Part shown: positions 18,692 through 27,600 of the stretch, piece by piece
Layout of the letters: each line of letters begins with the position of its first letter
Numbering within the stretch: the first letter of the stretch is position 1
IMG/VR virus record: IMGVR_UViG_3300020120_000084
Span: 5,090-69,089 of that record
Direction: 5' to 3' (one strand)
Length of the DNA stretch: 64,000 nucleotides
From: a virus
Taxonomy: Duplodnaviria; Caudoviricetes
Program-made: the position numbers and the translations under genes
The notes under the pieces: model-generated
Databases searched by the model: none
What the model saw: the letters and a program-made list of their open reading frames with translations, nothing else
What the model was told of the DNA's origin: nothing

Positions 18692-18879
18692 CCGATTCCA
18701 GCACCGTCGGCCCCTTGCCCGCGCCGGGCGAATGGAACAGCACCGTCGAGCACAGTCTCGCCAACCCGACGCACATCCTCGGCCCGTACGAGGACGATGA
18801 CGGCGTGACGCACGTGCGCTGCGACGGTGATGGTGACCCGTACGAGCCGAGCAGCTGCGACTTCACCACGGAGCCCTGA
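18688..18879 (+). CDS. hypothetical protein
   Basis: SD AGGAGG, ATG 18688. Confidence 0.6.
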   Translation: MTDSSTVGPLPAPGEWNSTVEHSLANPTHILGPYEDDDGVTHVRCDGDGDPYEPSSCDFTTEP

Positions 18880-18883
18880 CTTG

Positions 18884-19270
18884 ATGGATGACCTGACCGC
18901 GTTCCTGGCCGCGCGGCTGGGCGAGGACGAGGCGGCGGCGAAGGCCAACATCGGAGCCGGTCCCGGCTGGGTCCACGGTCTCGGCGACACGGAGAACTTC
19001 GGCCCGTCGTGGCCGGACTACCAGACCTATGACAGCGAGGAACTCTCCGCAGCCGAGGATTACCTTGACCGCTTCCGTCCGCTCCGCGTGCTCCGCGAGG
19101 TCGAGGCCAAGCGGGCGATCGTCCGCCTCGCGGCCAAGGTGCGGGAGTGGACTGATGGTTCCGCGGGAGCAACAGCGGGATATGCGGCGGCCGTCGTCGG
19201 TGACACGCTACGCGCCCTTGCCGCCGTCTGGAGCGATCACCCGGATTACCGGCAGGAGTGGAAGCCCTAG
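18884..19270 (+). CDS. DUF6221-like actinophage protein
   Basis: MDDLTAFLAARL.ED...RVLREVEAKRAI...LAAVWSDHPDYRQEWKP. Confidence 0.8.
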   Translation: MDDLTAFLAARLGEDEAAAKANIGAGPGWVHGLGDTENFGPSWPDYQTYDSEELSAAEDYLDRFRPLRVLREVEAKRAIVRLAAKVREWTDGSAGATAGYAAAVVGDTLRALAAVWSDHPDYRQEWKP

Positions 19271-20499
19271 CGCTGGCGCAGCCCTTCGAGTACCCGGTCC
19301 ATCACGTCCGCCCCGGCCCGCGGCACGTCCTCCAGCGCGTGCACGTACACCTGCGTCGTGGAGATCCGCGCGTGCCGCAGCATCCGCTGGACCGTCTTCA
19401 GGTCCGCGCCCCCGGCGAGGGCGTACGACGCGCAGGCGTGCCGCAGGTCATGCAGCCGCGCCGGCCGCTGGATGCCCGCGCGGGCCCGGACTTTCTCCCA
19501 CTGCCGGTTGATGTTCCGCGGCTCGACCGCCGTGCCGAGGTTCGTGGTGAACACGAGGCCGAGGCCGGCCCACGCGGGGGCGGCCATCCGCTGCCTGCGC
19601 TGCCCGGCCAGCTGCCGTCCCAGCGCCTCGACGGCCGCGTCAGGGAGCGGCACCAGGCCCCGGGACGCCGCGGTCTTCAGCCCCCGCGCGATCAGCTTGC
19701 CGTCCTGCCGCTGGACCTGCATGCCCGGCGTCCAGATCCGCCGTTCCAGGTCGAGGTCGTCCCAGCGCATGCCGAGGCCCTCGCTGCGGCGGAAGCCGAG
19801 CAGGAACGCGAGCAGCCAGTAGCACCACCACCGGTCCTCGCCCATGGCGACCAGGAGCGCGGACACCTCGGCGGGGGTGAGGATGACCGGTTCGGCGGGG
19901 CGTTTCTTCGGCGGCTTGACGAGGTCGACGACGTTGCGTTCGAGGCCGGCGGTCTCGTCGCGGATCGCGTCGGCGATCATCTTGCGGAGGATCTCGCGGC
20001 AGTAGGCGACGGTGCGGGGTGACAGGGGCTTGGGCGGGGGCCCGTTCTTGCGGCGTTTGGGGGGTGTGCGGGCGGCTGGCTTGCGGGAGAGGCGGTCCTG
20101 CCAGTCGCGGACGGCGGCGGCGGACAGGGCGGTGAGCCTGATGTGGCCGAGGCCGTCTTTGCGGGACAGGATGTGGAGGCGGGCGTTGCTGGCGTAGGAG
20201 TCGGCGGTGGACTGGGTCATGTGGCCGGCGCGGACGTACTGGGGGAGGGTCTCGCCGGTCCAGCGGGCGAACGCGTCGGCGACGGTCTGCCCGGAGTCCG
20301 ACGGGATGCCGCGTGCCAGCTGCGCGGTGAGCTCGGCGGCGTTGGCCTTGGCCTCGGCGCGGGTTTTGCCGTAGACGGTGCGCGGCTTGCGGTCGATGCC
20401 GCCGCCGGGGGGGTAGGCGCGGGCTTGCCAGCGGCCGTCGGCGCGTTTCCAGGGTTTGCCTTCGCGGTTGGGCCGCGCCCCGGCCGGCTTCCCGGTCAC
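19267..20499 (-). CDS. int: tyrosine integrase
   Basis: GFRRSEGLG (R), RLHDLRH (HxxR), LRH...TTQVY (Y); N-terminal arm-binding WKRADGRWQA. Confidence 0.95.
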   Translation of the reverse strand: MTGKPAGARPNREGKPWKRADGRWQARAYPPGGGIDRKPRTVYGKTRAEAKANAAELTAQLARGIPSDSGQTVADAFARWTGETLPQYVRAGHMTQSTADSYASNARLHILSRKDGLGHIRLTALSAAAVRDWQDRLSRKPAARTPPKRRKNGPPPKPLSPRTVAYCREILRKMIADAIRDETAGLERNVVDLVKPPKKRPAEPVILTPAEVSALLVAMGEDRWWCYWLLAFLLGFRRSEGLGMRWDDLDLERRIWTPGMQVQRQDGKLIARGLKTAASRGLVPLPDAAVEALGRQLAGQRRQRMAAPAWAGLGLVFTTNLGTAVEPRNINRQWEKVRARAGIQRPARLHDLRHACASYALAGGADLKTVQRMLRHARISTTQVYVHALEDVPRAGADVMDRVLEGLRQR

Positions 20500-20711
20500 G
20501 TTTCGGTCATCAGTTCCGTGACGCCCTGCGCTACGCAGCACGGGGCGCACAGGGGAACGTCGACCGAGCCGAGCAGTTCCGTCTCGAAACGGCGCGCTAT
20601 TACTGCATTCTCCGCCTCGCAGATGCCCCGGTCGGCCGGGTGCGCCTCAGAGCACAAGCAGTGGCAGGGGTTGTATCCGGTCGTCTCGCTGACCTTCTGA
20701 GTGTTCTCCAT
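20496..20711 (-). CDS. small Cys-rich protein coupled to int
   Basis: CHCLC.EAH...C...LCAPC; GTGA overlap with int. Confidence 0.6.
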   Translation of the reverse strand: MENTQKVSETTGYNPCHCLCSEAHPADRGICEAENAVIARRFETELLGSVDVPLCAPCCVAQGVTELMTET

Positions 20712-20731
20712 GCCCGTAACACTACCCAGGA

Positions 20732-20757
20732 TGGACATGTCTGGTCTAGAGTGGACT
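20732..20757. promoter_or_regulatory. 10-bp-phased TGG(A/T)C repeats in the int/xis divergent region
   Basis: TGGACA 20732, TGGTCT 20742, TGGACT 20752; same motif phased at attP (18148, 18158). Confidence 0.45.
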
Positions 20758-20839
20758 CCGGATGTCTCCATTTACCGTCAACCGTGGCGGGAGAGCACGG
20801 GAGCCTGTCTCCGGGCCCCGGCAGGCGAAGGGACGCAGG

Positions 20840-21115
20840 ATGACCGACGTGACACATGACCCGCAGACCGACTGGTGCGCCTGCGAACCCGACGCCGCGA
20901 ACCGCTGCGACTACCGGACGCTTGCCGACAAGGTGATCGAGCGGTTCAATCCAGCGGACGGCGACGAGGCCGAGGTGGCACTGCTCATGCTGGCCCTCGA
21001 CGTCGCCGCCGACTACATCACAGACCAGCCGTGCTTCTGTGACCGGGAACCGGATCTGCCGTGCTGGCGATGCTCCGCCCTCGGCCAGCGCAACCGGGAG
21101 CCGGTAGCGCGATGA
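20840..21115 (+). CDS. Cys-rich hypothetical protein
   Basis: WCAC...C, CFC...CWRC. Confidence 0.65.
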   Translation: MTDVTHDPQTDWCACEPDAANRCDYRTLADKVIERFNPADGDEAEVALLMLALDVAADYITDQPCFCDREPDLPCWRCSALGQRNREPVAR

Positions 21116-21408
21116 CCGAGCGGCCGGGTGAGATCGACGTCGGCACCGCCGTGCTCGGGCTCATGACGATCAAGGAAGTCGCGGCGCTGCTGAAGTACTC
21201 CGAGAAGAAGGTCTACCGCCTGACCAAATCCGGGGCGCTGGAGGCCGTCAAGGACGGCGGCTGCCTGCGGGTCCTGCCGGAGTCGCTCATCGAGTACAAG
21301 CAGCGGCTGCGCGGAGACCCGAAGCCCGTCTGCGAGATGTGCGGCGGCGTGCCCCCGGAGGGGTTCATCTGCACCAGGTGCGGCCGCGCGAGCCGGGTGG
21401 CGTCATGA
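21112..21408 (+). CDS. xis: excisionase-like HTH_17 protein with C-terminal Zn ribbon
   Basis: LMTIKEVAALLKYSEKKVYRL..SG.L.AVK.G..LRV; CEMC...CTRC. Confidence 0.8.
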   Translation: MTERPGEIDVGTAVLGLMTIKEVAALLKYSEKKVYRLTKSGALEAVKDGGCLRVLPESLIEYKQRLRGDPKPVCEMCGGVPPEGFICTRCGRASRVAS

Positions 21409-21626
21409 GCAGCGCCCAGTGCGGCACTTACGCCGGACTGCAGGCGCACCGGAAAGCTGAAGAAGACCCCTGCGCTAACTGCCTGCGTGCGGCTGCCATC
21501 TACCACAAGGCGCACCGGCAGCGTGATAAGTGCGCGCCGGGCCTGGGATGGCCGCTGCGGTCGATCCCGGTCATGAGAAAGCGGCGGAAAACAGGGGTCG
21601 GCGCCCCGGAAGCCGGGGCGTCATGA
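21405..21626 (+). CDS. actinophage CGT..H..PC..C Zn-binding protein
   Basis: QCGTYAGLQAHRKAEEDPCANC. Confidence 0.7.
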   Translation: MSSAQCGTYAGLQAHRKAEEDPCANCLRAAAIYHKAHRQRDKCAPGLGWPLRSIPVMRKRRKTGVGAPEAGAS

Positions 21627-21735
21627 CTTCCGGGCGGCGGCGCTGGTTACGACTTTCGCCGGTTACAACAGCGGCCTGCCCAGGGCTTTCTGGTCATGTT
21701 GTGCCTGAAGGCCGATAGCCGCCGCCCGGAACGCG

Positions 21736-21771
21736 AAAAGAGCCCCGCACGTCGTCTGACGTGCGGGGCTC
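21736..21771 (-). terminator. intrinsic terminator ending the late operon
   Basis: Perfect 14-bp stem GAGCCCCGCACGTC/GACGTGCGGGGCTC followed by U4 on the minus strand. Confidence 0.8.
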
Positions 21772-21832
21772 GTGGTATTACTGGTGCGCCCGCCCGGCGG
21801 CAGGCCGCACCGCCGCCGGGCGGAACGGGGGG

Positions 21833-22603
21833 TCAGTCCACCCAGAAGCGGATCCCGGCCGGCAGGATCGCGCCCGCGGGCTTGGTCCCGGCGTGGATGG
21901 CGTTGAGGTAACCCGCCAGGTCGTTGCCGAATGTCCCATAATGGACGGCGGTCATGCGCAGCAGCGCCGAGGGTACGGTCCCCAGCTTGGCGGCGAGCTG
22001 GGCGAGGGAGTACATCCCGGCGGTGACGTACTCGCCGTGGAAGGCGGCCGGCGGCGCGGCCGGGTCCCCGGACACCGCGTCCAGCCACGGCTTGCTGAAG
22101 ATGCTCACGTCGTAGGTGCCGGCGTTGCGGTACTGGACGCCGATGATGGGGAACGGGCCGCCCGCGTGGGCGACGAGCGCGGCGGCCTCGGCCTCGGTGA
22201 GGTTCCAGTTCGCGACCCACAGCCCCGGCCCCTCGGCGATGCCCCCGGCGATGAGGGCGTTGACGACGGGGGTGACCTTGGACAGGGACATGTAGACGGC
22301 GGGGTGCCGCTGCCCGGGCCGCGTCCCGTCCGCGTAGCTGGCGGCGGCGGCCTCGGCCCAGGGGGCGCACTCCGCGAGGGTCGCCGCGTTGGTCTCCACG
22401 TCGAGGACGTCGGCGTGGACGGCCTCATCGACGGCGAGGACAGGCCACTGGGCGATACGGACGGCGCCGGGATGGGCTTTCCAGTCGGCGGCGCCCCACG
22501 GGATGTCCCCGGTGCCCGTCGCGTACCCGGCGGCGAGCCCTTTGGGGAGGTGGCCGATGTTGGCGCGGACGGCATCGGCGACGGTGACGGTGGCGATCGT
22601 CAT
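21833..22603 (-). CDS. endolysin, GH25-like muramidase with C-terminal LysM-like binding module
   Basis: DVLDVE (DxE), P.VY, LWVANW, GVQY; C-terminal SLAQLAAKLGT..S.LL; last gene of late operon. Confidence 0.7.
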   Translation of the reverse strand: MTIATVTVADAVRANIGHLPKGLAAGYATGTGDIPWGAADWKAHPGAVRIAQWPVLAVDEAVHADVLDVETNAATLAECAPWAEAAAASYADGTRPGQRHPAVYMSLSKVTPVVNALIAGGIAEGPGLWVANWNLTEAEAAALVAHAGGPFPIIGVQYRNAGTYDVSIFSKPWLDAVSGDPAAPPAAFHGEYVTAGMYSLAQLAAKLGTVPSALLRMTAVHYGTFGNDLAGYLNAIHAGTKPAGAILPAGIRFWVD

Positions 22604-23011
22604 GGGGCTCCTCTAGGCTGATGTGGTTCCGTCAGGGGCGCGCGGGCGCGATCGCGTCGATCGGGCCGACCGGACGAGGAGCTACGGAACGAGCGAACTC
22701 CCTGCCATTCCCTTTAAAGGGCCGTCCCTGGCGAAACCGGGATCTGCGGCGTGGATTCGGCGGGTAAGGTCCGCAGACGGCGCTCTGGCGGGTAGGAACG
22801 CGCGGGTTCCGAGGTCGCCGGGCCTGCTCCCGGCTGGCCGCCAGTTGTCGCGGCACCACCGGCACATCTTGGTGCGCGGGTCGAGGTCGGCCTCGTACCA
22901 CCACCCGCAGGTGAAGCAGTAGCCCATGGCAGTCTCCTCAGACGGCCAGGGCTGCCGGGGTCTAGAGCAGCAGGGTGGGTGGTGCCCGCGCCTGGCTCCC
23001 GCCGCGGCGGG

Positions 23012-23293
23012 TCACTCCGGGGCGGCGGGAGGCTGGATCAGGGTCTTGGGTGCCGGGACGGGGAGCGCGGCCACCAGCGGCTGCCCGTTGCCGTCCTTCG
23101 GGTCCGCCACCGGGGTGACCTTCATCCTGCTGTACAGGAACGCGGCCGCGGCGAGAGCGGCGATGACAACCTGCGGGTCGATCACGGCGTGGTGGTGCGT
23201 GGCGTTGACGATCATGACGACGGCCGCGTAGATCGCGGCGGCGGACGACCCGAGGCCGGTGGGGTTCGTCGCGGGGGCTAGTGCGCGTTTCAG
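23012..23293 (-). CDS. holin-like membrane protein (probable CTG start)
   Basis: Two hydrophobic segments, TPVADPKDGNGQPL; frame extends to GAGG-cacca-CTG at 23293. Confidence 0.6.
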   Translation of the reverse strand: MKRALAPATNPTGLGSSAAAIYAAVVMIVNATHHHAVIDPQVVIAALAAAAFLYSRMKVTPVADPKDGNGQPLVAALPVPAPKTLIQPPAAPE

Positions 23294-23325
23294 TGGTGCC
23301 TCGCTCTTGGTGAGAGGATGCGGGG

Positions 23326-23697
23326 ATGTGCGATGAGTTCCGCGAGGCCGTGCGCCAGCTTCACCAGCCGGTGTGGCATCGCACCTATCACCTGCGGCCG
23401 GAACAGGTGTGGCTCGTCTGCAACGGATGCGATGAGGGGCCGCATGCGGAAGGCCCGGCAGGCTGGCCGTGCCGGACCGCTGACCTGGCTTACTCGCCGG
23501 AGGAGATCGCGGCCCGCGAGCCGCAGGTGCCTGAGTGTCCCGAGGATCACGGGACGAGGGGAGACGGGCAGCCGGTGCGGCTTCCGGCGGTGTTCATCCG
23601 CCGTGCTGACGGGAGTCTCGTGGCCGCGCGGTTCAAGTGCGACCATGTGACACCCGTCCCGGCCGTGGCCGCCGACCTGGGAACGGGCTGGGATTAG
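23326..23697 (+). CDS. hypothetical actinophage protein inserted antisense in lysis cassette
   Basis: LHQP...VCNGC...WPCRT motif; leaderless start. Confidence 0.65.
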   Translation: MCDEFREAVRQLHQPVWHRTYHLRPEQVWLVCNGCDEGPHAEGPAGWPCRTADLAYSPEEIAAREPQVPECPEDHGTRGDGQPVRLPAVFIRRADGSLVAARFKCDHVTPVPAVAADLGTGWD

Positions 23698-23711
23698 CTG
23701 GCGCCTCCCCG

Positions 23712-24299
23712 TCACTTCTTGACTGCGTAGAGGATGAACCCGAGGACGGCGGCCAGGGTCGCGATGGCGGCGATGACCGCGGACACGTTCAGCCGCTGGT
23801 CGGTGCGCTGCCCGGCCGCGCCGCTGTCGGACCCCTCGCCCCGGTCGATCCGCTGCGTGTTCACGTCGATCTTCTCCGCCAGCGACTTGAGCTGCTGGGA
23901 GACCGACTCCTCGGTTTTCGCGTTGGCGAGGGCGTTGGCCCGGGTCTGGAGCTCGCCGAGTTCCCGGGCGGCGGTCAGCGCGGCTTTCAGCGCCTCGGCG
24001 TTGGCCTCGTTCTGCTGGGTGAACCGGATGTCCCGCTCGGCGAACCGCTGGTCGACTGAGGCGAATTTCTCGTCGATGACCTCGCGGACGTGGCTGATCT
24101 CGGTCTGGATGACGGTGGGGGTGCGGTTGACGGTGGCGGACAGGAGCTCGGTGGCGCGGTCCATCCCGTCGAGGCGGGTCTCGAGGAGCTCGCGGAGCGC
24201 GGCGAGCTCGCGGAGGAGCTGGGCGGTGGTGAGGATGGTGGGGTCGGGGCGGGGTGTCCAGGTGTCGCTGCCTGCCCCGCGGTCGTCGACAGCCGTCAC
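23712..24299 (-). CDS. coiled-coil protein with C-terminal TM (lysis-cassette accessory)
   Basis: Heptad-rich, C-terminal hydrophobic helix + KK. Confidence 0.75.
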   Translation of the reverse strand: MTAVDDRGAGSDTWTPRPDPTILTTAQLLRELAALRELLETRLDGMDRATELLSATVNRTPTVIQTEISHVREVIDEKFASVDQRFAERDIRFTQQNEANAEALKAALTAARELGELQTRANALANAKTEESVSQQLKSLAEKIDVNTQRIDRGEGSDSGAAGQRTDQRLNVSAVIAAIATLAAVLGFILYAVKK

Positions 24300-24331
24300 G
24301 TCACCCCCCCCCCCCGGGTACTACAGGACCC

Positions 24332-24682
24332 TCAGACGACCTGCCCGCCCCACACGGCCGCCAGCTGCTGGTTGAAGTTAAAGGTGCTGGCCCCGGTGCC
24401 GCCGGTGCCGCCCTGCTGGACGGTGCCGAAGTAGCAGCCCGCGACGGTGTTCAGGTAGGCGATGGTGGACAGGGCGAGCGCCGCGTCGGAGACCGATCCG
24501 GGGTTCGCGGGGTTCGACGTGTTGCTATACCCGATGGACTGCAGGTAGGCCAGGCCGCCGCCGCCGCCGTTGACGGCCAGGTTCAGGTCGGCGATGTGCC
24601 GCATGACGTCGCGGAGCTGGACGGCCAGGGCGGTGATGATGTTGTCGACCTGGCCGGAGCCGATCGTGGCGCCTACGGGCAT
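24332..24682 (-). CDS. minor tail-associated protein
   Basis: Coupled to tail-tip gene. Confidence 0.65.
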   Translation of the reverse strand: MPVGATIGSGQVDNIITALAVQLRDVMRHIADLNLAVNGGGGGLAYLQSIGYSNTSNPANPGSVSDAALALSTIAYLNTVAGCYFGTVQQGGTGGTGASTFNFNQQLAAVWGGQVV

Positions 24683-27600
24683 CAGTTTCTCCTCACGAGC
24701 TTGGTCCGGTACGTGGTCAGGCCCTGCCCGGCCGCGCCGGAGCCGGTCCCGCCGTTCCAGAACGCCCGTATCTGCCAGTTGTGGTTCGCGGTCGTGTCGA
24801 ACGCCACGGCGTCAGCGTCGCCGCCCAGGTTCGCCGTGTCGGAGGTGGTCTTGTTGGCGGTTGCCGACATCGACCCGTCGCTGTGGATGTGCACGGCGCC
24901 GCCCGCGCCGGTGGACTGCACGGAGACCACGAAGCGGACCGTGAAAGCGAACGGCTGGCTGTTCGTGGCCGTGGAGGAGAAGACCGTGGCCCCGATCGTG
25001 AACCCGCCGCCGAAGTTGGCCCCGTCCATGTACAGCCGCCAGTCCAGCGTCTGGACGTTCGCGATGGTCGACGGGGCGGTGGCCAGCCCCATGATCTCGA
25101 TCTCGTACTCCGACGACACCTGGGCCTCCCCGGCCAGGTACGCCAGGATTCCCGACATGGGCTGGGCGGTGACGACGTTGCCCTGGTTGAACTGGACGGT
25201 GGAGACGCCGGAGCGCTCGAGTACCAGGTCGGCGCCGGACTGGGCCAGGTACCGGGGCCGGCCGGACGGGCCGCTGTAGAACAGGCTGGCGCCGGTCACG
25301 GCGGCCGGGGCGGAGCTCTGGTTGTCCAGGATGAGGCCGCCCTGCTTGACCTCGACGCCCTCGGCGAAGGCGGTGCCGTACGGGTCGGTGCCGGCGCGGC
25401 CGGAGATCACCGTGGCCAGGGTGGCCGCTCCCGGCGTCCCGGCGTAGGCCAGGAACTCGCCCTGGGTGCCGCTGGCGATGAACTGCAGGGCCTGGACGGT
25501 GGTCGAGTCGACGAACCCGGCGTAGACCTGCCCGGCTGCGATGAGGCTGGCGGTGAGGGTGGCCGTGGCGATGTTGGCCGCGACGACGGTGCCGGGCAGG
25601 ATGGTGACGCTGCCGTCGAATTTGAACGCGGCCCACGACGACCCGTTCCACTGGCTGATGAGCCCGGTGGCTGAGGCGATCCAGATGTCGTTGGTGTCCG
25701 GGTTGGCGGGTGCGGACGCGGAGATGGTGATCCGGTTCCCGCCGAGGGTCTTGACGGTGATGCCCTGGTTGAGCATCGCCGGGGTGATGAACCCGTTCTG
25801 GATGATGCCGCCGAGCCCGCCGGCGCCGGGGGCGGTGGAGGTGACCGCCCCGGACCCGGGGAGCTGCGCGGTCTGCACCGTCCCGGCGGAGAACCCGGTC
25901 TCGTAGGGGGATTCGGGGACGGCGTTGAACGCGAACGTCCATTCCCGGGGTGTGCCGCGGATTGTCTCGGTGTACCCGACGGCGAGCTGCTTGACGGTGG
26001 ACGCGGTCAGGAACGACGGGGGGCTGGTGATCTGCAGGTAGTCGCCGGGCCGGATGCCGGGGATGGCGGCGAACAGCCCGGCGTTCCCCGCGTGGGCCAT
26101 CTTGAGCGTGATGACGGGGAACCGGATCTCGTCGACGGACCCGACGTTGAGGAGCCAGTTCGCGATCCCGGCGACCTGCGTGTCGGACGCGGCGTTCACG
26201 GTCCGGGTGTAGCCGTAGCCGTTCCCGATGCCGTTCGGCGGGTTGAGGATGGACATGGACCCGGCGGTGAGGATGGCCTGCTGGGTGTACCCGGTGGACT
26301 GGTTCGTGACGGTGACGTTGTTCCTGGTCAGCGAGTCGTCGAACGCGGGTGCCAGCGACGGGTCGAGCCGCGCCGCGGTGTAGGAGATCGTCGCCGCGGC
26401 GGCCTGGTTGGCCATGGACGTCAGGGTCCTGTAACCGAGCCCGAACTGGGTGCGGGACTCGAACAGCAGCCCGAGGTCGGTGTCCTCGACGGACTGGAGG
26501 ACGTTGGTGAGGGTGTCGTCGACCTGGGGTCCCATCGCCGCGCTGGTGGCGGCGGCGGACATGGTGACACCCTGCGCGTACGTCGTGGAGCCGTCAGCGG
26601 CCGGGCTGCCCGCCCTCGGCCGGGCCCAGATCGCGGTCGCCGGGACCGTCTGCGACGTCGTCAGGTACGCCCACGTGTTCGCCGGGACCGTGAACGTGGC
26701 GTTGGCGGGCCCGGCGACGAACCCGCCGCCGGACGCGGCGTAGTCGAACCCGAGCTGGATGCTGGTGACCGTCGACCGGAACCAGCCGGACACGGTGATC
26801 ACGGTGCCCGCGACGACGGTGAACCCGAAGGTGGAGGCGCCGCCTTCCTCCATCGCCCCGGCGGTCACCCCGTTGTTGACGTACACCCCGGCGAACGGGT
26901 ACAGCGCCCCGGCCGGCGGGCTGGACGTGACCGAGAACGACCCGTTGAACCCGGACCAGCCGGTCCCGCTGCCCCCGGTGAAGGACCCGTTGGTGTCGGC
27001 CGCGCCGATGGTCTCCGACGCGATGCCCATCTCGGCGCACACCCGGGCGAACCGGTCCAGGGCGTACTCCCCGGCCCGGCCGCCGAGCGCGTACGCGGCG
27101 GGGACCATCAGCGGCACCGCCCCGTAGGTCACGGACAGGTGCCCGACGGCGGTGTCCATCAGGACGTTGGCCCGCCCGAACGTGACCGTGGTGACCGCGC
27201 CGACGGACGCGGTGGTGATGGTGCCGGTCATCGACTCGGTGATGCCGGAGGCGCCCGGGCTGATGATGCGGAACGCGAACGCCACGTTGCCGCCGGACGG
27301 GGTGAGCTCGCAGGACGCGAGGACGGGGACGCCCTTGACGTTCGTCGTGGTGGTCCCGGAGGCGATGACGGTGCCGCCGGAGTTCCGGAGCTGCATCAGC
27401 AGCGTGCCCGTGGCGTTCAGGTAGATCTCGAATTTCGCGACGGTGCCCGCGCTGGCGACCTCGGCCAGGTTCCAGTTCGTGGTGCCGCTGGCCGAGTCGC
27501 CGGCTTTCGGGACGGAGATCAGGAACCGGGTGCAGTTGTTCGTGGCGGTGCCGCCGGCGGGGACGGTCGCGGTGATCTTCGCGGCGTTGAGCTGCGGGAT

